Source of the DNA: Azolla caroliniana
Lineage: Eukaryota > Plantae > Polypodiophyta
Direction: 5' to 3'
Assembly (NCBI GenBank): GCA_043228905.1
Contig: JBHGNT010000010.1
Coordinates: forward strand, 5,890,001 to 5,954,000
DNA length: 64,000 bases
The translations under genes and the position numbers were made by a program. The notes under the pieces were generated by a model. The model was not told where the DNA came from, searched no databases, and worked only from the letters and a program-made list of their open reading frames with translations. This document shows, piece by piece, positions 48,031 to 59,756 of this stretch (position 1 is the first letter of the stretch; each line of letters starts with the position of its first letter).

Positions 48031-50224
48031 AGACGGGCCGGTTTTCTCCGTCCCAACTCTCTTGGCGCATACCGGAGGATGCGCGGTTAGGTGGGGGCGG
48101 ATGTCGTGAAGAAAACCGTCCATAGGCGGAATCGGCGCACCAAGGCGTGGGAACCGGTTCTTCACGCGCGCACGCTCCAAGTTGTACATAGAAGCGAATT
48201 AGGAGGATAATCGGAAGGAACGGGCCCTAACACGAGTGGAGACAAAGACCGCGCGAACAGTCTTTTCGGTCGCGCGCGCGAGCGAAGGAACTGTACGAGT
48301 CGGCGGCGTAACTACGCGGATGCGTGAAGAACGGAGCGGATCCCTGTTCAAAAGGGACAGGGAATAAAGCTGACATGACGGCCTGCTCGTCGGCCTATAT
48401 AAGGAGCAGGAAAGAGCTTCACCAAGGATCTCGCGGAGAGAGGACGAAGTGCTGCCGGACCGTTTCTGGACGCTTCTCTCTCTGTTTCCTTCCTTCTTGA
48501 GCTCCATAGCTTTCTGTGCAGGGTTCCGAGGAGGCTCGCGCTGTTTCGAGGAACGCCCGAGTGCTTCCGGCAGCACCTCCGACCTGCTACCCCCCCCTTT
48601 GTGCGTCGAAGCGAACAAGCATCGGCATCTGTTCGCTGGCCTGTTCGGTTGTAACCAACCTGTGCCCCATCGAGGGTTGTAGTCGTGTCAGCCATTTTGT
48701 TAATATACATAATTAGTCATTCGCATCTGTCTGTGTCGGTGTCTGTTCGCGTTCTCCGTGCTGAAGGGCCGTGTCCCTGTGTATCCCCGGTCCTGCGTAG
48801 CCGGTTCTCTCTCTTTCTCCTCCCTCGCTTGCTCTTTGGTTCGAGACCCCCGCGGTCCCGCCTCGTTTCCACACGCACTTGCGTAATAACGCGACACCGG
48901 ATGATTGGGTGCTCGACTTATTTTCTGGAACAGGTAATCTCATAAGTCTGATCATTTAAAAAAAAATATATATATATTATTTCTTGTTTTTGTTTTCTTA
49001 CTTTTGCATGTGTGATTGTTTATTTAGGAACAACGACTACGTGCACTCTTAAATTGTTTAGGAACTGCGTCGCATTAGAGAAGGACTCTGAACAAGTCAA
49101 TTTTATTAAGATGAGGATCCAAGGCATCTGGGATTGTCCCGACCAGGACCAAGAGGTTGGGGCAAAGCATATCAACGAAGCTGAGATGTTTCAGTTGGCC
49201 TCTAGAGAGCCGATGGAACTTATATACGAGGAAGGAGGCGACCTTGTCGACCTTGAAGATGCACCGAGTTTTGATCAAATACAAGACTCAACTGAGGAGA
49301 CAGAACATGTAGATGCAACACAACTGTCAGCTAATCTTGGAGAGCAGCCCGTTCCAGACCTCCTAATGGAGTGATTGTATATTAGTTTGTATTTGTAACT
49401 AAAAATTTGTAACACTAAACTTGGTTTGGAATATAAGATTTTTTTGTTTGAGTACCATTTCTTTACACTATGTGATTGGTGTGTAAACTTTAAGTGTTTA
49501 TCATATATTTGTAAAGGTTGACTCGCAAAGTATATGGTGGTTAAGTATTATTTTCATTGAATAGATGACTATGAACTTATCGATTGTATGACAAATGTTG
49601 GTTATAATTGTTACTTGATTAATATAATTGGATTTAGCTTTATTCTAGGATTTATGTTGTCTTTAATCTTGGTTATATAGTTTTGAGTGAACACAATAAT
49701 ATTAAGTCAACGTTGTTGCTCACTTGAGAATACATTCAGGTTGTTCATGTATGATTGGGATATAATGTTCGTAGTAGTTTTTGGGCATGTGTGCTATATA
49801 CTGCGATATTCATTTGTGAATATGTTTCAAACTATATCCAAAACTACTATTTGCTAATTTAATATAACAATCTTTATGGGAGTTAGAGACAAATATAGGA
49901 ACAAAATTGTATTTCTAAAATTGTTCAGTTGGATTCGAATTTAACATTAAATGTAAAATGAAGCGTATTACAATTATAGTTCAAAGCATTCTTGTAATCT
50001 AACCTAATATTTAGATAAATTTGCGTATGAGTTCAGAAAATATAGGTTAAATTTGAAATCTTGATATTATTAAGTGTATTTTTTAATGATGTTTTTAAAA
50101 GTCATGTGCGCATGCATGATACATTCTTGAAAGTTTGTTAAAAAATAGTAATTCTTATCATCTCATGTATTTTTCAATAAAGGAATGCGACATATTACCT
50201 ATTCTAAATGACCCGGTGTTCTTA

Positions 50225-50960
50225 CCCTTTTCTGTACATAAGGGCATGTGAAGAGCCGATGTGCGTGTGCGTGTTCTCGTTGCCCTCGATCCGGTTCCAT
50301 CCAAACTGGTTGCTTCCAACACGCATCCGGACCCGTCCGGGTTGGTGCCACAACCGGTACGACCGGCTCCAGAGAAATCGACCTTCTGGAATCCATCTCT
50401 CCCTAGTCCGAGACCTAGGTGGTCCCGCCCATTCCAACACACGCGCACGGAATACCACGACCTCTTTGGTGAACCCAGCGTGAAAGGGTGGCAAGGGAGG
50501 ATGGAGTCGGAAGACGATGACTTCCCAAAGATGGTGGCCAAAGTGGTGATGGAGTTCGGACGCGTGACAATGAGACAAGAAGCAGCGGAATATGTTGTCG
50601 AGTGTGTGGTAGAAAGATATGGCCGTTTCAATGGGGACGAAGTCCCATTCTACTTGGAAACCTACAACGCGGAAATGGAGGTGCGAGGCGGAGACGAGGG
50701 GTTGAGCCTAGCTCATTCTTCTATCGGGTCGTAGTTGTCTGGATGCACACGGAAGTAAAGGAGCTATGAGAAGCTCATAGTTCTTGGGAGGCCCTCGAAG
50801 AGGAACTACTGCAAGCATACGGAGGACAACCGAAAAGCCGGGGACGACATGACTTCAACCAGTGGGTTGCATCGGCGAAGACCCACCCAGGCACAACGAA
50901 GGCATTCCTAGAGTTCGGGTGGTGCTTTGCTCGGCTCTCGGAGCGGGAGAGTTTTTCGTG
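50225..50960 (+). mobile_element. 3' part of the old LTR, PBS and decayed gag of a Gag-only family member
   Basis: LTR end ~50462. PBS TGGTGAACCCAGCGTGA at 50467. MESEDDDFPKMVAKVVM...YGRFNGDEVPFYLETYNAEM matches the N-terminus of the 1138-aa ORF. Confidence 0.8.
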
Positions 50961-50984
50961 TTCCATTGTCGAATAATTCTTTTC

Positions 50985-52085
50985 GGTCGTCGAGAGTAAT
51001 CTGTTAGCATAGTATACTGATCGATACTAGTTTGGAGGTGTCCGTTGCACAAGAGCACTTCTGATGGCCACGTCGGACGCGTCGATGAAAAGATGGAAAG
51101 GTTGTGACCAATCAGGAGATTGCACCACTGGTGCGTGCGATAGCGTCACTTTTAGGGATCTATAAGCATCTTCTTCCATTGTTGAAACGGGACTCGATGT
51201 ATCGTCGCGTGTAATGGTGTTGTGAATTCGGCAAGGTAGCGCAACATTTGACTATGCCACTTGATTTGCCCCAAAAACCGGCTGAGCACTTTTGTTGTGG
51301 TCGAGGTTGGGGCATTCAAGATGGCCTAAACTTTGTCGGGGTCCATAGCGATCCCTTCATAGCTAACAATGTGTCCGAGCAGAGTGCCACTCAACACAGA
51401 AAATGCACATTTGGAAGGGTTTAAGCTTAGTCGAGCTTGCCGGCATCGATCGAGACAGAGGCGTAAGTGAGCGAGATGCTCAATCTGACGGCCATACACA
51501 ACAAAATTGTTGAGAAACACTTGCATGAAGGTCGAGATGTAATCGTCAAAAATTTCAGCGATGATTCGTTGGAAGGTGGCCGGTGCTGTCTTCAATCCGA
51601 ATATTATGACGACTGTCACAAAAACACCCCATTTGGTTACAAATACCGTCTTTTCTTGGTCTTTGGGGTGCATGCGGATCTGATTATAGCTGTTGAATCC
51701 ATTTAAAAAACTATAGCATTCGTGCCCTGCCACCCCATCCATAAATGGAAGAGGAAATGCATCCATGTCTATTGGTGCGTTCAACTTGCGATAGTCAACA
51801 CAAACCCGTATTTGCCCCTTTTTCTTTGGGACGATGACAGTTGGACTGGCCGAATGAACCCCATTGGAGGAGATTGTCGGTTTCCTCCTTCACTTTGGTA
51901 GCATAGTTGGGATTCATTCTGTAATGGCGTTGTTGTACGGACGTGCATCATGCTTCAGATGAATCTGGTGCTGATAGTATTGTGGATCTAACCCCTTCAT
52001 GTTGTTGTACGATCATGCAAAAACATCTTGGTATTCCGTGAGCAACCCAACCAACGCTAAGTGATCTTTGAGAGCCGGTTCCTTT
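50985..52085 (-). pseudogene. Decayed Ty3/gypsy RT-RNase H fragment
   Basis: DAFPLPFMD...YSFL..F..YNQIRM...FGLKTAPATFQR...LLGHIVS on the minus strand. Confidence 0.85.
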
Positions 52086-52096
52086 GTGATTTTCAA

Positions 52097-53789
52097 GGCC
52101 TCCATCAGTGTGACTGTCGAGGAAGATGAAATGGTGCAGGTCTGTCTCAGGGGCCTGGCGTCGAAGTTCGGAGCATTCCGGATTGCAGTATGTACAAGGT
52201 AGAATACGCCCTTGTTTTTTGACTTACAGTCAATGCTCCTTGTAGAGGAGAACCATGTGGGTGTGTCGACGAGCATGCACATCGGCAACAAGATGTTGTA
52301 CACAGAGGCAGAGAGGCCCTGTGGTCGTGGCAGTCGAGGTGGATCGACGTGCAATGTAGGCGGCCGACAAGAGAGCAGAATCAGAGGCACAAAGATGGTA
52401 CCGATAGCAACTCCGGACCCTTGGAAATTGGGGGAGTCAAAGCAGAGCTGAAAACCGGCAAGGAAAGGCCAAAACGGAATGTTGGTACTGTGGCCGAAAG
52501 GGCCATAGAGAAAGCGAGTGCAAGAAGAAGCGAGTGTGTCAACGAGCACGCACATCGGCAACAAGATGTTGTACATGGAGGCAAGAGGCCCTGTGGTCGT
52601 GGTAGTCAAGGTGGATCGATGCGCAATGTAGGCGGCCGACAAGAGAGCAGAATTGGAGGCACAAAGATGGTGCTGAGAGCAATTCCGGACCCTCAGAAAT
52701 AGGGGGAGTCAAAGCAGAGCCGGAAACTGGCAAGGAAAGGCCGGAACGAAATGCTGGTATTGTGGCCGGAAGGGCCATAGAGAAAGCGAGTGCAAGAAGA
52801 AGAGAGTTGATTTGAACAAAGCTGAATCAACCCGGAAAGACGCGCATAAGCGTCATCGATCGCAGTTCGTTGGAGGCTTGGGGAGAGTCGGATCAGGACC
52901 AACCCTCGTAATGAAGCATAAGGCCAACTGGATGGGAGTATCCGACTCGAAGTCGGAAGAAGTTTGGTATGTGGACTCTAGAGCTTTAAACCACATGACG
53001 AACCACAAAGAGTGGTTCTCCTTTCTCGAGAAGCCGGAGAAGCCGGGGGAAGTCTAAACAAGGGACGACACCCCACATCCCATCATGCACATCGGAGATG
53101 TCCCTTTGAGCCATGTCGGTCAGAAGGGAATCATGAGAAACGTCCTGCATGTACCGACAATCACCAAGAACTTGGTGTTGGTCGGTCAAATCGTAGATCA
53201 AGGTATGCAAGTTCGGTTCACTCACCATGGATGCTTCATTGAGGAGGAAGGCTAGATCATCGCACAAGGGCGCCGGGATGGAAGAATGTTCATCCTCGAA
53301 ACCAATGATGTAGGCATCACTATGTTTGCAAAAGGGTAGAAGGTTCAGTCGGACATCGACCTTTGGCATAAGCGGATTGGCCACATCAACTTCTGGAAGC
53401 TTCAGGAGATGCAGTCTGAACACCTGGTTTCCGGACTACCAAAGTTCAATGGCCGGAAAGGTCAAGTATGTGAAGCTTGCCAGCTCAGGAAGCAGCATAG
53501 GCTTTCATTCCCAAATGAGAAGAAGCGAAGCCAGAATCTGCTCCATCTTATCCATTCAGACGTGTGGGGACCGGCTCAAAATGTGAGCATCGGTGGGAGT
53601 CGGTATTTCGTCTCCTTCATCGACAATTTCAGTCGCCACACTTGGATCTATTTGATCGAGAAGAAGAACAAAGTCTTCTCGTGGTTCCGAGACCTACAGA
53701 ATCATGTTGAACGAGAAACCGGAAGGAAGATCAAGTGTTTGAGATCAGATGGCGGAAAAGAGTACTTTTCCGGCCAGACCAAGGGAATC
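52097..53789 (+). pseudogene. Older decayed copia (gag to integrase), with a ~273-bp tandem duplication at 52261-52803
   Basis: Homologous to the 54319-56150 region (VTVEEDEMVQVCL, WYVDS, LIHSDVWGP); many stops. Confidence 0.85.
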
Positions 53790-54117
53790 TGTTGAGCGGC
53801 AAGCTCAACCGGAGCCGGATCGGCTGAATAAGCCGGAACCGGTAAGCGAGACGGATCGGGCGAAACGGATCGGTATGACGGTGAGCAACCGAACCGGCAA
53901 GCAGTGGAGGCCGGGTGCAATCCGTAACCGGAAGTCCAATCGGAAGCCTAGTATAGGATAGACTACTAGGTAGTTATAGTCTCGTAGTAAGTGTCAAATG
54001 CTCGTGTGAGCATTGAAGTACATGGTACTTCTGTCAGTCCCAAGAGGACTTGTATAAATAGTGCTACTTAGCACAGTGTGTATACAGAGTCTGGAAATAA
54101 TTTTGAAATTGTGTTCT

Positions 54118-54184
<67 letters not shown>

Positions 54185-57100
54185 TGTTCTCTATTTTACG
54201 CTTCCGCAAACTCTCACGTTTACATGGTAAAAGAGCGCGAGGGTTGAGAACCTCTGTTGTAGACATTTACTCTTGAGAAAAAAACCCTAACAAGTCGAAA
54301 ACAGACACAGTAGAAGACATGGATAGAGGCATGGCTACGTCGCTCCCGGTGGAGAAGCTCGACAGCAACTACGCATCCTGGTCTTACAAGATGCACCAGT
54401 ACCTGCTTGGACACAGGTACTGGAGTTATGTCGAAGGAGCGAATGATGCGGCGCCCGACTCGGCACACAAGGACTTCCCGGTATGGGAACAGGCGGCAAG
54501 CAGGGTGATGTACTGCTTTGCGTCCAGTGTCGGCGATCAGCTGCTCAGCCACATCCGTGACGCAGAGACACCGAAGGATGCTTGGGGGAACCTGAAAAAG
54601 GTTTTCGCCGCAAGCACCACTGCCCGGAAGCTGCAACTCAGACAGGAGTTGAGCAATGTTCGATAGAAGAACATGTCCGTGGCAGACTACACGGGCCGGA
54701 TAAAGGAGATTTGCGACTCGCTCGCCTCTATCAATGTTACCGTAGAGGAAGACGAGATGGTGCAGGTATGTCTCGGAGGCCTGGCGTCCAAGTTCGGAGC
54801 GTTCCGGACTGCGGTGTGTACAAGGGAGAATACCCCCTCATTCTTCGACTTACAGTCGATGTTCCTTGTAGAGGAGAACCACGCCGGTGCATCTACCAGT
54901 GCATCCCCGGACAGCCGAATGCTGTACACGGGAATGGATCGGCTCCATGGGCGTGGTGGAAGAGGTGGGTCGGCACGCAACGGAGGCGGCCGACAAGAGC
55001 AAGAACGGAGGCACTATGAGCGTGCCGACAGCAGTTCTGGGACTTCCACAAGCAGGGGGAGTCAAGGCGGTGCCGGAGGCCGGCAAGACAATTCCGCTAC
55101 GAAATGCTGGTACTGTGGCAAAAAAGGCCACAAGGAAAGCGAGTGCTGGAGAAAGCGTGCCGATTCGGACAAATCCGGATCCGGCAAGGTCGGTAAGGAT
55201 GGCCGGCAAAACTCGCACTACGCAAACGGATCAGGAGGATCCAGAACCGGAAAGGCCGGTAAGGGGCCAGCCTTGGTGATGAATCACAAGGCAAACTCAA
55301 TGAAGAAGACCACTTCCAAAACGGAGGAAGTGTGGTATGTTGATTCCGGCGCGTCGAACCACATGACGAGCCACAAAGAGTGGTTCTCCTTTCTGGAGAA
55401 ACCGGATCAACCAGGAGTAGTCGAAACCGGAGACGACACTCCTCACCAATCGTGCACGTCAGAGAAGTCCCTCTAAGCCACGTCCGACAGAAAGGGAAGC
55501 TGATGAACGTATTACACGTTCCGAAAATTACGAAGAACCTGGTGTCCGTCGGTCAGATAGTCGACCAGGGGATGCAGGTGCGGTTTACGCACCTCGGGTG
55601 CTTCATTGAGGATGAGGGCGAAGTCATTGCGCAAGGGCGCAGAGACGGGAGGATGTTTATCCTCAACACCAATGACTTAGGCACCGCTCTGTTCGCGAAA
55701 CGACAGAAGGTCAAGTCGGACATCGACCTGTGGCACAAGCGGATATGCCACGTCAACTACTGGAGGCTTCAAGACCTGCAAACGAAACAAGTCGTTTTCG
55801 GTTTGCCGAAGTTTAGCGGCCGGAGAGCCGAAATTTGTGAAGCCTGCCAACTTGGGAAGCAACACCGGCTTCCATTCCCCACCGAACGGAACCGGAGCCG
55901 TAACAAGCTCGATCTCATCCATTCGGATGTGTGGGGACCGGCACAAAGTGTAAGCCATGGCGGGAGCCGATACTTCGTCTCCTTCATTGACGACTATACA
56001 CGACATACTTGGATCTACCTCATTGAGCGGAAGAGCGAAGTCTTCGACTGTTTCCAGAGCCTCCAGAAGATGGTGGAACAGGAATCGGAGAGGAAGATCA
56101 AATGCCTTCGGTCGGATGGCAGAAAGGAATATTTTTCCGGCCAATTCACTAGTTATCTGCAGCAGAAGGGAATTCAGCAAGAGTTCAGCTGCAGATACAC
56201 ATCAGAGCAAAACGGTGTGGCCGAAAGGAAGAACCGGACACTCGTCAAAGCGGCAAGGGCGATGCTGGAGGAGAAGAGCATGCTCCGGTTCTACTGGGCG
56301 GAGGCGGTCCGGACGGCCGTCTACATACAAAACCGCATTGTTGACAAGGTGTCAGCTCATGAGCTGTATTTCAGGCGCAAGCCGAACTTAAGACACCTTC
56401 GGATATTCGGCAGCATAGCGTATGTGCATGTGTCGGATCAGAAGCGGAGAAAGCTGGATGCAAAATCGGAAAAATGCATCCTAGTCGGCTATGCTCAAGA
56501 GCAAAAGGGGTATAAGTGCTATAACCCCCGGACGAAGGATGTCCGAGTTAGCCGGGATGTCGAGTTCGATGAATCGGCATCCTGGTACTCCGTACCGACT
56601 CCGACTTCCGATCCCGACCCAATGTCGGAAGATCAGGCCAGTGAGCCTGAATCAACCCTGGCAGAGGATGATGAAGCCGGGACTCAAGATGAGAGTCCGG
56701 AATCGTTACGGTTGAGTGGACCGAACGAGCGACTGAGTCGGTTGAACCAGTCGGATGAAGAGACGGCAAGTGGTGGAGACTCTGTCGTGCTCTCCCTGCG
56801 CAAGGAACCGAGGAAACGGTTCACGCGCAAAGAGAAGGGGAAGAGGAAGATGCCGGAATTCGAAACCGGCAACGATGAGTCGGATCGGTGCGTATCTGAC
56901 TCCGGAAAGGAGAAAGACGGATCTTCGGCAACGAAGACCGAACTGGCCAAGAAGGGCCTCAAATCAGGTGACGGTGCGTTGCGCCGATCAACCCGCCAGA
57001 AGGATCCCGTCATGCGGTACGGGTACAATGAATACATGGCGCATCATTATGCGTACATGACTAAGGTAATAGAAGTGCGTGAGCCGGAGAGCTACGCAGA

Positions 57101-59751
57101 AGCAGGAAAGGACGCAAATTGGCGTGCCGCTATGGACGAAGAAATGCAGGTACTCAATGCCAACGAAACTTGGGACCTAGTTGATCCTCCCCGTCACTGT
57201 AAAGCGATCGGATGCAAGTGGGTGTACAAGGTCAAGTACAACGCCGACGGTTCTGTTAACCGGTACAAAGCCCGGTTAGTGGTGAAGGGATACGCGCAGA
57301 CACACGGAATCGACTACGACGAGACCTTCGCTCCTGTGGCGAAGATGACGACGGTTCGTGTGGTACTGGCGGTTGCTGCGGCAAGGGGGTGGCATCTTCA
57401 CCAGATGGATGTGAAGAACGCCTTCCTTCAAGGAGAGCTTGAAGAAGAAGTCTTTATGACTCAACCCCCCGGATTTCAATCGGAGATGAACAAGTCGGCG
57501 ATATGCCGACTAAAGAAGTCGCTTTACGGCTTGAAGCAAGCCCCCCGAGCTTGGAACGCGAAGATCACGCACCGGTTGCGTAAGCTGGGGTTTGCTGTCT
57601 CTAAGTCGGACTCTTCGTTGTTCATCCGGCAAAGCTCTGACGGTCCGGTATGTATACTCTTGTATGTGGATGATTTAGTCATCACCGGACCGGGTCTTCC
57701 CGAAATCAACCGCGTCAAGTCCCAGTTGTCGGACGCATTCGAAATGAAGGACCTGGGGGACCTTCATTATTTTCTTGGGATCGAAGTGATCCGGACCCCC
57801 GACGGCATATTGCTCTGACAATGCCATTACGTGTTGAATATGCTATATAAGTTCGGCATGACGGATTGCCGACCTGTCTCCACACCCCTGGACCGGAACC
57901 AGAAGCTCCATCCCAACTCTGGACCGGCCTGCAATGAGAAACGGTTCCGACAGGTTGTCAGAAGCCTGATCTACTTAACCATCACCCGACCCGACATCAG
58001 CTATCCGGTCGGCATGGTAAGTCAGTTCATGCAGAAGCCGACTGTGGAGCACCTTCAGTGCACGCAACGAATATTACGGTATGTCAGCGGCACTAAGGAC
58101 CGAGGTTTTTCTATACCGACGAGGTATACCCGAAGAGCTTTTTGGTTACACAGATGCTGACTGGGCCAGCGATGCGTCTGATCGCCGCTCCACTTCCCGA
58201 TACATGTTCTCCATAGGTAGCGTGGCCGTTGCGTGGAGCAGCAAGAAGCAGCCCACAGTGGCTTTGTCAAGCACTGAGGCTGAGTACCGGGCCGCTACCG
58301 TTGCCACTTGTGAAGCCATCTGGCTTCGGCGACTACTGCGAGACTTGCGGATCGAGGTACCGACCCCGATCCCGATTTACTGCGATAACATGAGTAACCT
58401 GTAGCTCACCAGGAACCCTGTGTTCCATGCTCGCACAAAGCACATCGAGGTGCACTACCACTTCGTGCGTGAGCGGGTCCTGAGCGGTGAAGTTGACCTA
58501 CGGTATGTTCATACGGATCGGCAAGTTGCCGACATCTTCACCAAGCCGCTCGGATCAGACAAGTTGCAGCACTTTACCGACATGCTTGGTATTCAGCATC
58601 TCGATGTGCCGCACTTGAGGGGGAGAAGCAAGGGCAAAGTCTCTACCGAAATGGGCAAAGGCCAAAAAACTGTTGAACCCGTCGGTAAGAGGAGAGCCGG
58701 AAGAAGAGGAGACAAGAAGATGACGGAAGCCGAGTCGACGAAGGAAGTCGACACATCCAAACATGTCGGAGCAAGCGGCTGTGAAGAAGAATTGTGCACT
58801 CAGGAAGAGAAGTGCATGTTGTGTGGACGTCATCACGACGGTACTGACCATGATGCGGAGTCGAATGAAGAACTCTATTTCGGTTCACCGGCTGAAGAAG
58901 CCGGGGGAAGCATGGAGAAGGCCAAGACTCGGATGTGGTTCGATGTGGTGAGAGGCCTGAAGCTGGAAGTCGAATCGGAGTGTACCGATTCGGACAAGAG
59001 CTGGAACGAGTCAGAGACAGCTGACTCGGACCAACAGATGGATCCGGATGAGTCGGATCGACTGAAGGCCAAGGGGACACAGACACAGCGGAAGTCAATG
59101 CCATCGTGGGAGAACCGAAGGATCGGCAAGCGTCGGAGTCACAGCAGCTTAAGTGTTGAGATGGGCCTATTGAGCAGACATGCCGACCGAGAGGGTCGAG
59201 GCGCGCATAACCAAAGGGGTCGCGGCAAACGGGACGGGACGGGACGAGGAGCGCGAGCAAGGTGGAGTGACGCCAGGAGAAGTCAGTTGGAAGAACCGAC
59301 TGTCACAGAGATCGACACTACGACCCCACCTCAAGTTGAGCTTGAGGGGGAGTGTTGAGCGGCAAGCTCAACCGGAGCCGGATCGGCTGAATAAGCCAGA
59401 GCCGGTAAGCGAGACGGATCGGGCGAAATGGATCGGTATGACGGTGAGCAACCGAACCGGCAAGCAGTGGAGGCCGGGTGCAATTCGTAACCGGAAGTCC
59501 AATCGGAAGCCTAGTATAGGATAGACTACTAGGTAGCTATAGTCTCGTAGTAAGTGTCAGATGCTCGTGTGAGCATTGAAGTACATGGTACTTCTGTCAG
59601 TCCCAAGAGGACTTGTATAAATAGTGCTACTTAGCACAGTGTGTATACAGAGTCTGGAAATAATTTTGAAATTGTGTTCTGCTCTCTCTGTCTCTCTGTC
59701 TCTCTCTGTGTTGTTCTCTGTTTTACGCTTCCGCAAACACTCACGTTTACA
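53790..59751 (+). mobile_element. Ty1/copia LTR retrotransposon inserted in the integrase of an older relative
   Basis: LTRs 53790-54224 and 59353-59751 (about 8 substitutions plus a (CT)n length difference). TSD GAATC at 53785-53789 and 59752-59756. PBS variant TGGTAAAAGAGC. PPT GAGGGGGAG. Confidence 0.96.
54319..59358 (+). pseudogene. Copia gag-pol with a C-terminal extension
   Basis: CWYCGKKGHKESEC, VDSGAS, integrase, LYVDD, YTDADW...EAEY...TKHIEVHYHF. Stops at 54664, 57816 and 58402; frameshifts near 55445 and 58105. Confidence 0.92.
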
Positions 59752-59756
59752 GAATC

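Larger units (their letters stand above)
36599..48896 (+). mobile_element. Autonomous-type Ty3/gypsy LTR retrotransposon (no chromodomain), tRNA-Trp primed
   Basis: LTRs 36599-37391 and 48102-48896. PBS TGGTGAACCCGATGTGA at 37396. PPT AGGTGGGGGCGGA. 4-bp TSD TCGG/CCGG. Confidence 0.96.
28493..49374 (+). pseudogene. ParB/Srx-like domain fused to beta-class N6-adenine/N4-cytosine DNA methyltransferase, ~956 aa; exons 28493-28518, 28930-30049+35000-35485, 35575-35713, 35785-36248, 36342-36598+48901-48933, 49028-49374
   Basis: ParB-like LPISSIQRP...YYVIGGSHSAEA...EEAKLLAWDHN. MTase motif IV LLVADIPYG, then HW-VK, NPYKKP..LINRLVKLFSN(P)DDWVLDLFSGTGTT...RNCVALEKD. Five GT-AG introns with matching phases. 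Seven stops, one frameshift (~35210) and two LTR insertions. Confidence 0.85.
25219..50220. mobile_element. Sola-like DNA transposon (~7.75 kb without nested inserts) carrying a ParB-DNA methyltransferase cargo gene
   Basis: Left TIR AACACTGGGTCATTTGAAACAGGTAATATGTCACA (25219-25253). Right TIR reverse complement AACACCGGGTCATTTAGAATAGGTAATATGTCGCA (ending 50220). TSD CTTA at 25215-25218 and 50221-50224. Both flanks rejoin as one LTR. Confidence 0.85.

Noticed and set aside
35878-49374. Bacterial contamination or prophage as the source of the MTase
   Set aside because: The gene has spliceosomal introns and is interrupted by plant LTR retrotransposons with clean TSDs.
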